Origin: Candidatus Limnocylindrus sp. | GTDB taxonomy: Bacteria > Chloroflexota > Limnocylindria > Limnocylindrales > Limnocylindraceae | Reading direction: 5' to 3' | Length of the DNA stretch: 64,000 bases | NCBI GenBank assembly: GCA_040397175.1 | Contig: JBBAWM010000001.1 | Coordinates: 281,976-345,975 of the forward strand | In this document: positions 36,181-44,252 of the stretch, piece by piece | How positions within the stretch are numbered: position 1 is the first letter of the stretch | How the letters are laid out: each line of letters begins with the position of its first letter | Made by a program: the position numbers and the translations under genes | The notes under the pieces: generated by a model | Told to the model about the DNA's origin: nothing | Seen by the model: only the letters and a program-made list of their open reading frames with translations | Database searches by the model: none

Positions 36181-36217
36181 GGCGGCGGAGGATAGCAGTG
36201 CGGCGTAGGATTCTCGT

Positions 36218-37645
36218 ATGCCCGACTACGACCTCCTCGTTCTTGGCGGCGGAACCGGTGGCTATGCCGCCGCCTTCCGTGCCGCCCAACTCGGCAAGCG
36301 CGTGGCGCTCATCGAGCAGGAGAAGGTGGGCGGCACCTGCCTCCACTGGGGCTGCATCCCCGCGAAGGCGATGCTCGAGAGTGGCGACCTGCTCGCCAAG
36401 ATCGGCAAGGCGGCTGACTTCGGCATTCAGATCACCCCCGCCACCGGCATTGATACGACCGTCGTCGGTGCGAGACGCGACAAGATCGTGGCCAAGATGC
36501 ACGCGGGCCTGAAGAGCCTCTTCAAGAAGAACAACGTTGAACTGATCGCCGCCCGCGGCACCATCACGGAACCGGGCAGCATCAAGGCGGCCCTCGTCGA
36601 CGAAGCTGGTCAACCAACTGGTGAAGAGCGCACGATCACCGCGACCGACATCGTGATTGCGACCGGCTCAAGCGTCCGCAGCATTCCGGGCCTCGAGACC
36701 GACGGCAAGGTCATCGTCGACAGCGATGACATCGTCACAGGAACGCTGCATCCAAAGCGCGTCATTGTGGTTGGAGGCGGAGCCGTTGGCTGCGAGTTTG
36801 CCTCGTACTTCCGCGACCTTGGCGCCGAGACCACCATCGTAGAGATGCTCCCTGCACTCGTGCCGCTCGAAGATCGCGACGCATCAAAAGAGCTCGCGCG
36901 CGCCTTTACCAAGCGGGGCATCGCCATCCACGTGGCCAATCGCATTAGCGAGGGGAGCCTGGTGCGAAGCGCCGATGGTGTGACGCTGAACATTGAGCCG
37001 GTTGACGGCAGCGGAACCGCAACGCCACTGAGTGCTGACCTGCTCGTTGTTGCCGCCGGCCGCGTGCCGAACAGTGCCAACCTCGGCCTCGAGAGCACGG
37101 CGGCCACGGTGGAGCGCGGCTTTATCACCGTTGATGCGCAGATGCGCACCAAGCAGGAGCACCTCTACGCCGTGGGCGACGTGATCGGTGGGCTCCAGCT
37201 GGCACACGTTGCCGCGCACGAGGGACTGATCGCCGCCCATGCGATTGCTGGCGATCCCATTCACGCCATGAATTACACGAAGCAGCCACGTGCCACCTAC
37301 TGCCGCCCCGAGGTCGCCTCGGTCGGCGCCACCACCCAAGAGCTCGAGCGCGACGGCGTGCCGTTCGTTGCCGGCGTGATGCCGTTTGCGGCGATCGCCA
37401 AGGCACACATCGGCGGCGACAGCGACGGCTTCTGCAAGGTGCTCCGACACGCGGAAAGCGGCGCCCTGCTCGGCGTGCACATGGTTGGCCCGAAGGTCAC
37501 CGACCTCATCGCCGAGGCGAGCCTGGCGTTGGAGCTTGGTGCGACCGCCGAGCAGGTTGGGGGCACGACGCATCCACATCCAACGCTCAGCGAGGTGCTT
37601 GGCGAAGCGGCGCTCGTCTCGCTCGGCCGTTCGGTGAACTTCTAG
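36218..37645 (+). CDS. lpdA: Dihydrolipoyl dehydrogenase
   Basis: GGGTGG, GGTCLHWGCIP, GGGAVGCE and HPTLSE. Confidence 0.95.
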   Translation: MPDYDLLVLGGGTGGYAAAFRAAQLGKRVALIEQEKVGGTCLHWGCIPAKAMLESGDLLAKIGKAADFGIQITPATGIDTTVVGARRDKIVAKMHAGLKSLFKKNNVELIAARGTITEPGSIKAALVDEAGQPTGEERTITATDIVIATGSSVRSIPGLETDGKVIVDSDDIVTGTLHPKRVIVVGGGAVGCEFASYFRDLGAETTIVEMLPALVPLEDRDASKELARAFTKRGIAIHVANRISEGSLVRSADGVTLNIEPVDGSGTATPLSADLLVVAAGRVPNSANLGLESTAATVERGFITVDAQMRTKQEHLYAVGDVIGGLQLAHVAAHEGLIAAHAIAGDPIHAMNYTKQPRATYCRPEVASVGATTQELERDGVPFVAGVMPFAAIAKAHIGGDSDGFCKVLRHAESGALLGVHMVGPKVTDLIAEASLALELGATAEQVGGTTHPHPTLSEVLGEAALVSLGRSVNF

Positions 37646-38628
37646 TGGCAGGTTCGCCGCTGATCGGGCGACAGCTGCCAATGCTCGGCGCTGCACCGAG
37701 CCACACCGAAGAGATTCTCGTTGCCTCAAAGCACCCCGAGTGGATTCGCTCGAAAGCACCAGGCGGCGCACGTTATCGTGAGCTCCAGTCGCTGATGCGC
37801 ACCAAGAGCCTAAACACCGTCTGTGAAGAGGCGCACTGCCCAAACATCGGCGAGTGCTGGGAGCAGGGGACCGCGACCGTGATGATCCTGGGCGACACCT
37901 GCACGCGCGCCTGCGGCTTCTGCGCCGTGAAGACTGGCCGCCCAGACGGCCTCGACCTTGATGAGCCGCGCCGCGTCGCCGAGGCGCTCGCCTCGCTGAA
38001 CCTTAACCACGTCGTGGTGACGAGCGTCGCCCGCGACGACCTCGCCGACGGTGGCGCCGCAATCTTCGCCGCCACGATCCGCGAGCTGCGTGCGCTTGCG
38101 CCTGACACGGGCGTTGAGGTGCTGATCCCCGACTTCGACGGCCGCGAGGCGCCGCTCCGTGCGGTGATGGAGGCGGCCCCCGACATCGTTGACCACAACC
38201 TGGAGACGGTGCAGCGCCTGCAGAAGTCGGTGCGAAAGCGCGCCCGCTGGGATCGTTCGCTCGAGGTGATTCGTCGCGCCAAGGAGATGGCCGCCGAGCT
38301 TGGTAACCCGGTGCACACCAAGAGCTCGCTGATGGTTGGCCTTGGTGAAGAGCGCGCGGAGCTCACTGAGGCGTTCAAGGCGCTGCGCGCCGTTGACTGC
38401 GACGTGCTGACGATTGGCCAGTACTTGCGTCCAACCGCTGAGCACCTGCCACTGGTGCGCTACTACACGCCGGCGGAGTTCAGTGAGATGCGCGACGAGG
38501 CGTTGGCGCTCGGCTTCAAGCATGTGGAGTCGGGCCCGCTGGTGCGCAGCTCGTATCACGCCCGTGACCAGGTGCCGGCCGGCTCGCCAGCGCTTCGTGG
38601 TCGCCGCGCCGAGCGAGCGAGCGCATGA
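37645..38628 (+). CDS. lipA: Lipoyl synthase
   Basis: CEEAHCPNIGEC, CTRACGFC and RSSY. Confidence 0.97.
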   Translation: MAGSPLIGRQLPMLGAAPSHTEEILVASKHPEWIRSKAPGGARYRELQSLMRTKSLNTVCEEAHCPNIGECWEQGTATVMILGDTCTRACGFCAVKTGRPDGLDLDEPRRVAEALASLNLNHVVVTSVARDDLADGGAAIFAATIRELRALAPDTGVEVLIPDFDGREAPLRAVMEAAPDIVDHNLETVQRLQKSVRKRARWDRSLEVIRRAKEMAAELGNPVHTKSSLMVGLGEERAELTEAFKALRAVDCDVLTIGQYLRPTAEHLPLVRYYTPAEFSEMRDEALALGFKHVESGPLVRSSYHARDQVPAGSPALRGRRAERASA

Positions 38629-39683
38629 GCCGCATCACGACACTAAGCCCGCGGATTCCGCTGGCTGAGCTGCACTGCCACCTTGGCGGCTCCGTGACGC
38701 CAGCAATCATGTGGGGGATCGCACACTCGCAGGGGATTCGACTTCCATCGAAGGACTACTGGGCCTTCCGCAAGATGATCACCGCGGGCGCCAAGCGCAC
38801 GCGCAGCTTCAACGGTTACCTCGACCTCTTCCACTGGACCGAGTTGATTCAGTCGTCGCCGATCGCCGTGGAGCGCTCCGTGTACGAGGTGGTCGCTGGT
38901 GCGTATCGCAAGAACCACATCACCACCATGGAGTTGCGCTTCAATCCAATGAAGCGCAATCGCAACGGCGAACAGGACCTTGACCACATCATCGCTGCGG
39001 CAATTCGTGGCGCCGACCGTGCCGCGCTGGAGTACCCGGTGATGCCAGGTCTCATCCTCTGCCTCGACCGCGGCTTCACCTACGCGCAGAACGAGATCAT
39101 CGTGGAGAAGGCGATCGCCTGGAAGAGCCGCGGCATCGTTGGTATCGACGTGGCCGGCCCAGAGTCCAACAACTTCAAGGTTGCCGAATACAAGAAGCTC
39201 TTCCGCCGCGCCCGCCTCGCCGGCCTCGGCATCACCGTGCACACGGGCGAGTCTGGCCCCGTAAGCGAGGTGCTCGACGTGATCAAGAACCTCGAGCCCG
39301 ACCGCATTGGCCATGGCGTCAAGTCGGCGCAAGATCCGAAGACGCTAAAGGTCCTAGCCGAACGCAAGATTGTGTTGGAGATCTGCCCAACCTCGAACCT
39401 GATGACGCAGGTGGTGAAGGATTGGGAGGAGTTCCGGCAGATCTTTGACGCGCTGCGCAAGAACAAGGTGCGGTACGTGATCGGCACCGACGGACCCGAG
39501 ATGTTGCAGACCTACATTCGCGACGAGCTCGCCGCCCTCGGGCGACACGGCATCCTCTCCGTAGAGGAGCAAGAGATCGCCGCCGCCACCTCAATCAAGG
39601 CGAGCTTCGTGAAGAACGCCAGCAAGGCGGCAATTCCGCGCAGCGCTGGCACGTCGCCGCGCACGCAGAAGGAAGAGGTCTAG
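38625..39683 (+). CDS. Adenosine deaminase family metallohydrolase
   Basis: ELHCHL, HTGE, RIGHG, EICPTSN and GTDGP (instead of the usual xTDDP). Confidence 0.85.
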   Translation: MSRITTLSPRIPLAELHCHLGGSVTPAIMWGIAHSQGIRLPSKDYWAFRKMITAGAKRTRSFNGYLDLFHWTELIQSSPIAVERSVYEVVAGAYRKNHITTMELRFNPMKRNRNGEQDLDHIIAAAIRGADRAALEYPVMPGLILCLDRGFTYAQNEIIVEKAIAWKSRGIVGIDVAGPESNNFKVAEYKKLFRRARLAGLGITVHTGESGPVSEVLDVIKNLEPDRIGHGVKSAQDPKTLKVLAERKIVLEICPTSNLMTQVVKDWEEFRQIFDALRKNKVRYVIGTDGPEMLQTYIRDELAALGRHGILSVEEQEIAAATSIKASFVKNASKAAIPRSAGTSPRTQKEEV

Positions 39684-40135
39684 TTTCCCGCTGCCTCGTG
39701 GAGCGATGTGCGTAGCGCATCGATGAACGCCTGATCGGTGACGCCCTCCATCACCAGCACGTAGGGCGAGGCGTCAATCATTAGCAGGCTCGCTGGGTCC
39801 TTGACCCACTCAGCAGCGCAGGTATCAACGGTTGCGCGCAGCTTCGTATACGACTCGTCGTTCCGGAAGCGAAAGAGGCGGGCGGGGAGGGGAGTAGCCT
39901 CGCCAAGGCGAGCGATCGTGAAGGAGATCGCCATGGGGGCGAGCCCCTGGTCGGTGCACCCAGCATCGCCACTCACGACCGTGTCGACGGTGAGGTTGTG
40001 GTTGGCAAGCTTCTGCGTGAGGCCGGCGAAGTCGGTGGGGGTCGCCTTAGGCGACCCATGAATCACCTCGAGCCCTGAACCGCAGCCAGCCAGCAGCAGG
40101 GCCAGGGAGGCAACCAGGGCGATTCGGCTCTTCAT
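39680..40135 (-). CDS. Hypothetical lipoprotein
   Basis: Signal peptide with lipobox LAGC; a Cys pair in the mature region. Confidence 0.75.
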   Translation of the reverse strand: MKSRIALVASLALLLAGCGSGLEVIHGSPKATPTDFAGLTQKLANHNLTVDTVVSGDAGCTDQGLAPMAISFTIARLGEATPLPARLFRFRNDESYTKLRATVDTCAAEWVKDPASLLMIDASPYVLVMEGVTDQAFIDALRTSLHEAAGN

Positions 40136-40238
40136 GCACTAACCCTACACGCAGGGCTCAAAGGGGCACCGCGCCTCCTAGTTGGACGCATGACGCCCCG
40201 ATCGGTATCATCTCCATCCGGGCACGGCCCGCACTCGG

Positions 40239-40315
40239 GGCGCATTCGTCTAGCGGCCTAGGACACTGCCCTCTCAAGGCAGAGACCACCGGTTCGAATC
40301 CGGTATGCGCTACCA
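40239..40315 (+). tRNA. tRNA-Glu (CTC)
   Basis: Acceptor GGCGCAT/ATGCGCT, anticodon arm CTGCC-CTCTCAA-GGCAG, GTTCGAATC and encoded CCA. Confidence 0.95.
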
Positions 40316-40473
40316 ATCCCACTCGTCCACGCAGGGCCCACTGATCTCTTCGCGCCCGTTAGGTGCGATGAGATGGATTTGGTACCATCAGCCGAAGAAC
40401 CCCCTCCCGCCAGGGAATCGTGCAGGTGTGCACCCGCCGCTCTGGGTCGCGGGGTGGGGGTGTGGAGTGCCTG

Positions 40474-41433
40474 ATGCCCGCCAAGCGGGTCCTTGCCGTT
40501 GCCCTAACCCTCCTACTTGCCGTGAGCTTCGTGGCACCGAGCGGTGCGCGAGCGCTCTCTGACGCTGGCTTTGAGTACACCGGCAATGACGGCGCTGCGA
40601 CCGTCACTGGCTGCACGAGTACCTGTCCGACCACCCTCGTCATCCCTGACACTCTCGGTGGCAACTCCGTCACGACCATCGGCGGCGCTGCGTTCGCAGC
40701 CAACGCCCTCACCAGCGTGACGATTGGGAACTCGGTCACGAGCATCGGCGACTTTGCATTCGCCAACAACGCCCTTACCACCGTGACCATCCCGACCTCG
40801 GTCACGAGCATCGGCACGGGTGCGTTCGCAGCCAACGCCCTCACCAGCGTGACAATCCCGAACTCGGTCACGACCATCGGCAACTATGCGTTCTACAACA
40901 ACGCCCTTACCACCGTGACCATCCCTAACTCTGTCACGACCATTGGGGAAGGTGCGTTCTACAGCAACGCCCTCACCTCGGTCACCTTCTTGGGGAACGC
41001 GCCTGCCGATGGCGGCAACGTGTTTGGTAACAACATCGGCCTCGCTTCTATTACGCGACCCTACTCAGCAGCGGGCTGGGGTTCAACCTGGAGCGGCAAG
41101 ACGGTCGTGATTGCCGATGCGCGAGCTACGGCCACGGTGAAGCCAACGGCTTCAGGCACGGCGAGGGTCGGCAGAACCTTGACGGCTGGTGGCACCCGGG
41201 CCGGGTATCCAGCGCCAACCCTCCGGTACCAGTGGTATGTCTGCACCAAAGCGGTCACTGCTGCCCGTAGCACCGTGCCATCCACCTGCAAGCGGATCAG
41301 CGGCGCGACGCGCAGCACCTACAGGCTGACCGCAGCACAGCGCGGCAAGTATGTGGCGGTGCTGGTGACGGGAACGAGCCTGCGCACCACGGCGACCACC
41401 TGGCTCTCGAAGACCACGGCAAAGATTAGGTAG
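40474..41433 (+). CDS. Secreted BspA-type leucine-rich-repeat (LRR_5) surface protein with a basic C-terminal beta domain
   Basis: Signal peptide, five SVTxIGxxAFxxNALTxVTIP repeats, and C-terminal GTARVGRTLT...YQWY...TYRLT. Confidence 0.88.
   Translation: MPAKRVLAVALTLLLAVSFVAPSGARALSDAGFEYTGNDGAATVTGCTSTCPTTLVIPDTLGGNSVTTIGGAAFAANALTSVTIGNSVTSIGDFAFANNALTTVTIPTSVTSIGTGAFAANALTSVTIPNSVTTIGNYAFYNNALTTVTIPNSVTTIGEGAFYSNALTSVTFLGNAPADGGNVFGNNIGLASITRPYSAAGWGSTWSGKTVVIADARATATVKPTASGTARVGRTLTAGGTRAGYPAPTLRYQWYVCTKAVTAARSTVPSTCKRISGATRSTYRLTAAQRGKYVAVLVTGTSLRTTATTWLSKTTAKIR
40663..40992 (+). repeat. Five in-frame 66-bp tandem units encoding 22-aa LRRs
   Basis: Units start at 40663, 40729, 40795, 40861 and 40927; units 1 and 3, and units 2 and 4, are most alike. 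Confidence 0.9.
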
Positions 41434-41487
41434 CAACTCGCAACTACGGCAACAGCGCCTGTCGTTCCCCCCTGTCATGATGCGCCC

Positions 41488-42519
41488 ATGAACGTGCAAC
41501 TCGGTACCGCCATCGCCGCCCCTGGGAGTCGCGCCACCGGCTGGCTCGCCGTAGAGACGGCGCCTGGCGAGCGGACGCAGATCCCTGTGGTCGTGATCAA
41601 CGGCGGCCAGCCAGGCCCACGTCTCGCCATCACCGCGGGCATTCATGGCGGCGAGTACACCGGTCCCGCAGCGCTGCGCTCGCTCCTTCTCTCGACCGAG
41701 GCTGGCGACCCAGCAACGCTCAGCAACCTGAAGGGCTCGATCATCGCCACACTGGCCACGAGCCCCGCAGCCTTCAAGGCGCGATCGATCTACGTGAACC
41801 CACAGGACGGCAAGAACCTGAACCGCGTCTATCCGGGCTCGGCAACAGGGAGTGCGAGCGAGCGGATCGCCCACGCTATCGCCACGCAGCTCATGACCGG
41901 CGCCGACGTCTACTTGGACCTGCACGCGGGCGACATCAACGAAGCGCTGTCGCCGTTCGTGGGGATCGAGCAGACGGGCGACGTTGCGCGCGATGCGCGT
42001 GCCGTGGCGCTCGGCCGCGCCGTTGGCGCCGAGTGGCTCCTGATTGGCGCCAGCCCTGGCACGACCACCTCAACCGCCGAACAGCTCGGCGCGATCGGCA
42101 TCCTCTGCGAGTTTGGTGGACAGGGGCACGTTGAACCTGAGTTTGTGGCGCGCCATGCCGCCGGCGTTCGCGGCGTGATCGCCGAGATGGGAATGGGCAG
42201 CTTTCCGCAGAGCCCCATCGAACGCGAGGTCGGTCCGCTCAAGCCTGGTGCCAGCACGCGCCTCAACAGCGAGTCGTGGCTGCGGGCTGAGATTCCTGCC
42301 GACGTCGCCGGCTACTGGCACCCGGCTGTGGCCGTGGGCTCTGTTGTAAAGAAGGGCGAAAAGCTCGGCGAGGTGCAGGGCGTCTTTGGCGACGTGTTGC
42401 GAACGCCAATGGCACCGATTGACGGCGTGGTGATCTTCTTGGTGACAACACTGGCAATGAACAACGGCGATCCACTCCTTGCGCTCGGCGGCGACCCCGA
42501 GGCCGGCGTGTGGCCGTAG
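41488..42519 (+). CDS. M14 family (AstE/AspA-like) zinc amidohydrolase with C-terminal biotinyl-like domain
   Basis: GIHGGE, NLNRVYPG, DLHAG and EFGG. Confidence 0.85.
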   Translation: MNVQLGTAIAAPGSRATGWLAVETAPGERTQIPVVVINGGQPGPRLAITAGIHGGEYTGPAALRSLLLSTEAGDPATLSNLKGSIIATLATSPAAFKARSIYVNPQDGKNLNRVYPGSATGSASERIAHAIATQLMTGADVYLDLHAGDINEALSPFVGIEQTGDVARDARAVALGRAVGAEWLLIGASPGTTTSTAEQLGAIGILCEFGGQGHVEPEFVARHAAGVRGVIAEMGMGSFPQSPIEREVGPLKPGASTRLNSESWLRAEIPADVAGYWHPAVAVGSVVKKGEKLGEVQGVFGDVLRTPMAPIDGVVIFLVTTLAMNNGDPLLALGGDPEAGVWP

Positions 42520-43691
42520 CGCCAACGCATTCGCGCCTCGCCGCATTCAGCGCGGGCGGCCTCGACGTTGAGGTGCTCATGTGGGACATCCCGTACCTGG
42601 TGCCGTTTCGCATCGCGCGACCCGATCCGAACGAGGAGAGCTCGCGCACCGCGTTCGTGCACATCACCGACCGCGCCACCGGCCTTGAAGGGTGGGGCGA
42701 GGGATGCGCCGATCCGTATTACGGCGACACCCCAGAGACGATCGCCGCGGTTGCGCCACTCCTCTTCTCGGTCGCGCTCCCCGCTATTGAGGCGGCACTC
42801 GCCGAAGCGGGTGGGGCAACAGCCGGCAGCGGCTACGCAGCGGCCCGTGGTCTCGCCGGCATCAGCGGCCGCGCCGCCGACGCGCTCGCCCCAATGAGCG
42901 ATGCAATGGATATCGCCCTCGGTAATCACGGCGCCGCCAAGTCTGCGATTGAGCAGGCGCTGCAAGACCTACTCGCCAGATCGACGAACACCTCGCTGCG
43001 CCGCTGGCTTGGTGCGCCAGAGACGATGGGGCATACAAACCTCACGATTGGCATTGCACCGATCGACACCATGGTGGAACGCGCCGCCGCCGCAACGAAG
43101 TACCCAAGCTTGAAGCTAAAGGTTGGCTTGGGCGGCGAAGAGGAGCTGCTCCGTCGCGTGCGCGAGGTGTATCAGGGGCCACTACGCCTCGATGCAAACT
43201 GCGGATGGAGCTTGGAGCGCGCGCTGGAACTTCTTCCGCTCATTGAGCGCAGCAACGTGGAGCTGCTCGAGCAGCCGCTGCAGCCTGGCCGAATCACGAA
43301 CATGGCCGCACTCGCCGCCGCTACCGAGATCCCGGTGATCGCCGACGAAGACTGCATCGTGTACGACGACATCGAGCAGCTCGTTGGCCTGGTTGATGGT
43401 GTGAACCTGAAGCAGGTGAAGATCGGCGGCCTTGGGCCAGCACTGCATGGCTTCCGCAAGGCGGAGTCGCTTGGCCTGCGCCGCATGTTCGGCTCCATGG
43501 TCGAGACGAAACTCGGTACCGCAGGTGCCGCCGCCGTTGCAGGTGCCGCAGAGTTCCTCGACCTTGACGGGCCGATCGGCCTGGTGGGGGATCCGTTTAC
43601 GGGACTCGAACTCGACGAAGAGTGCCGCTGGATACTGAACGATGACCAGCCGGGGAGTGGCGTGACGTTTGCTCCCGCCGCGAACGGCTAG
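42510..43691 (+). CDS. Dipeptide epimerase (L-Ala-D/L-Glu epimerase-like, enolase superfamily)
   Basis: GWGE, KLK, LDAN, EQP, ADE, NLK and DLDG. Confidence 0.85.
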   Translation: MAVAPTHSRLAAFSAGGLDVEVLMWDIPYLVPFRIARPDPNEESSRTAFVHITDRATGLEGWGEGCADPYYGDTPETIAAVAPLLFSVALPAIEAALAEAGGATAGSGYAAARGLAGISGRAADALAPMSDAMDIALGNHGAAKSAIEQALQDLLARSTNTSLRRWLGAPETMGHTNLTIGIAPIDTMVERAAAATKYPSLKLKVGLGGEEELLRRVREVYQGPLRLDANCGWSLERALELLPLIERSNVELLEQPLQPGRITNMAALAAATEIPVIADEDCIVYDDIEQLVGLVDGVNLKQVKIGGLGPALHGFRKAESLGLRRMFGSMVETKLGTAGAAAVAGAAEFLDLDGPIGLVGDPFTGLELDEECRWILNDDQPGSGVTFAPAANG

Positions 43692-43694
43692 GGG

Positions 43695-43922
43695 TTAGGC
43701 GCGGATCTTCCGCCGGGCCATCTCGCCCTCGATCTGGCGCTCCGCCTCGACGTAGAGGTCGATCTCGTCGCGGAGCTTGTTCGCCTCGGGGGTGTAGAGG
43801 TGCACCTGTTGCTGCAGGATGTAGGAGAGGCGGCGCGAGGTCATGCGGGTGTGGTCGAGGTTCTTCATCAGGACCAGGGGGTCCATGGATGCCAGCTCGG
43901 TCCCGTCATATAAGGCCTTCAT
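43695..43922 (-). CDS. Small hypothetical helical protein (75 aa)
   Basis: Strong G/C third-position bias, normal protein composition, and TAGGAT 6 nt before ATG. Confidence 0.75.
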   Translation of the reverse strand: MKALYDGTELASMDPLVLMKNLDHTRMTSRRLSYILQQQVHLYTPEANKLRDEIDLYVEAERQIEGEMARRKIRA

Positions 43923-43943
43923 GCCTCTATCCTACGGGAAGTT

Positions 43944-44020
43944 GGCCCCGTAGCTCAGTGGATTAGAGCAGCTGCCTTCTAAGCAGTTGGTCGCAGGTTC
44001 GACTCCTGCCGGGGCCGCCA
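43944..44020 (+). tRNA. tRNA-Arg (TCT)
   Basis: Acceptor GGCCCCG/CGGGGCC, anticodon arm GCTGC-CTTCTAA-GCAGT, GTTCGACTC and CCA. Confidence 0.95.
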
Positions 44021-44136
44021 GCTCTCCCTCACCGTCGTGCCTCTCCCGCCCTAATCTTGTGCATCTGCACGAAAAGAACTCCCAGGATCGTGTCATTTTG
44101 CCTAGTTTTGGGGGTCTACGGCCCTGCGCCGTGGCG

Positions 44137-44252
44137 TAGGTTGAGCACGACACGCCGCTGGTCACGCAGGTGACCGCTCCAGGCAGCGCGGAGGTTGTCC
44201 GGAGGTGGGGTTCCGGTCGGCCGACCGTCCATTCGGCCTAGGGGAGGAAACC
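44137..44252 (+). promoter_or_regulatory. -10-like TAGGTT and a ~105-nt structured leader of the purine permease (candidate cis-regulatory RNA)
   Basis: Nested pairings GACA/TGTC, CGCTG/CAGCG and GTCAC-GCAG-GTGAC; second hairpin CGGTC-GGCC-GACCG before the SD. Confidence 0.4.

Noticed and set aside
40663-40992. Regular repeats considered as a CRISPR array or DGR template/variable pair
   Set aside because: Contiguous in-frame coding units with no unique spacers; no cas or reverse transcriptase gene in the window.
41433-41453. Three GCAAC copies after the LRR gene
   Set aside because: Short and irregularly spaced (7 and 9 nt); plausibly chance.
40239-41487. Integrative element at tRNA-Glu (also checked by eye at tRNA-Arg and tRNA-Lys)
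   Set aside because: No integrase and no duplicated tRNA 3' end was seen downstream.
44206-44230. GGGTTCCG...GACCG resembling the ykkC (guanidine-I/PRPP/ppGpp) riboswitch
   Set aside because: The conserved 3' elements (ACAC, AAAAGCC...GG) are missing, and there is no room for them before the start codon.
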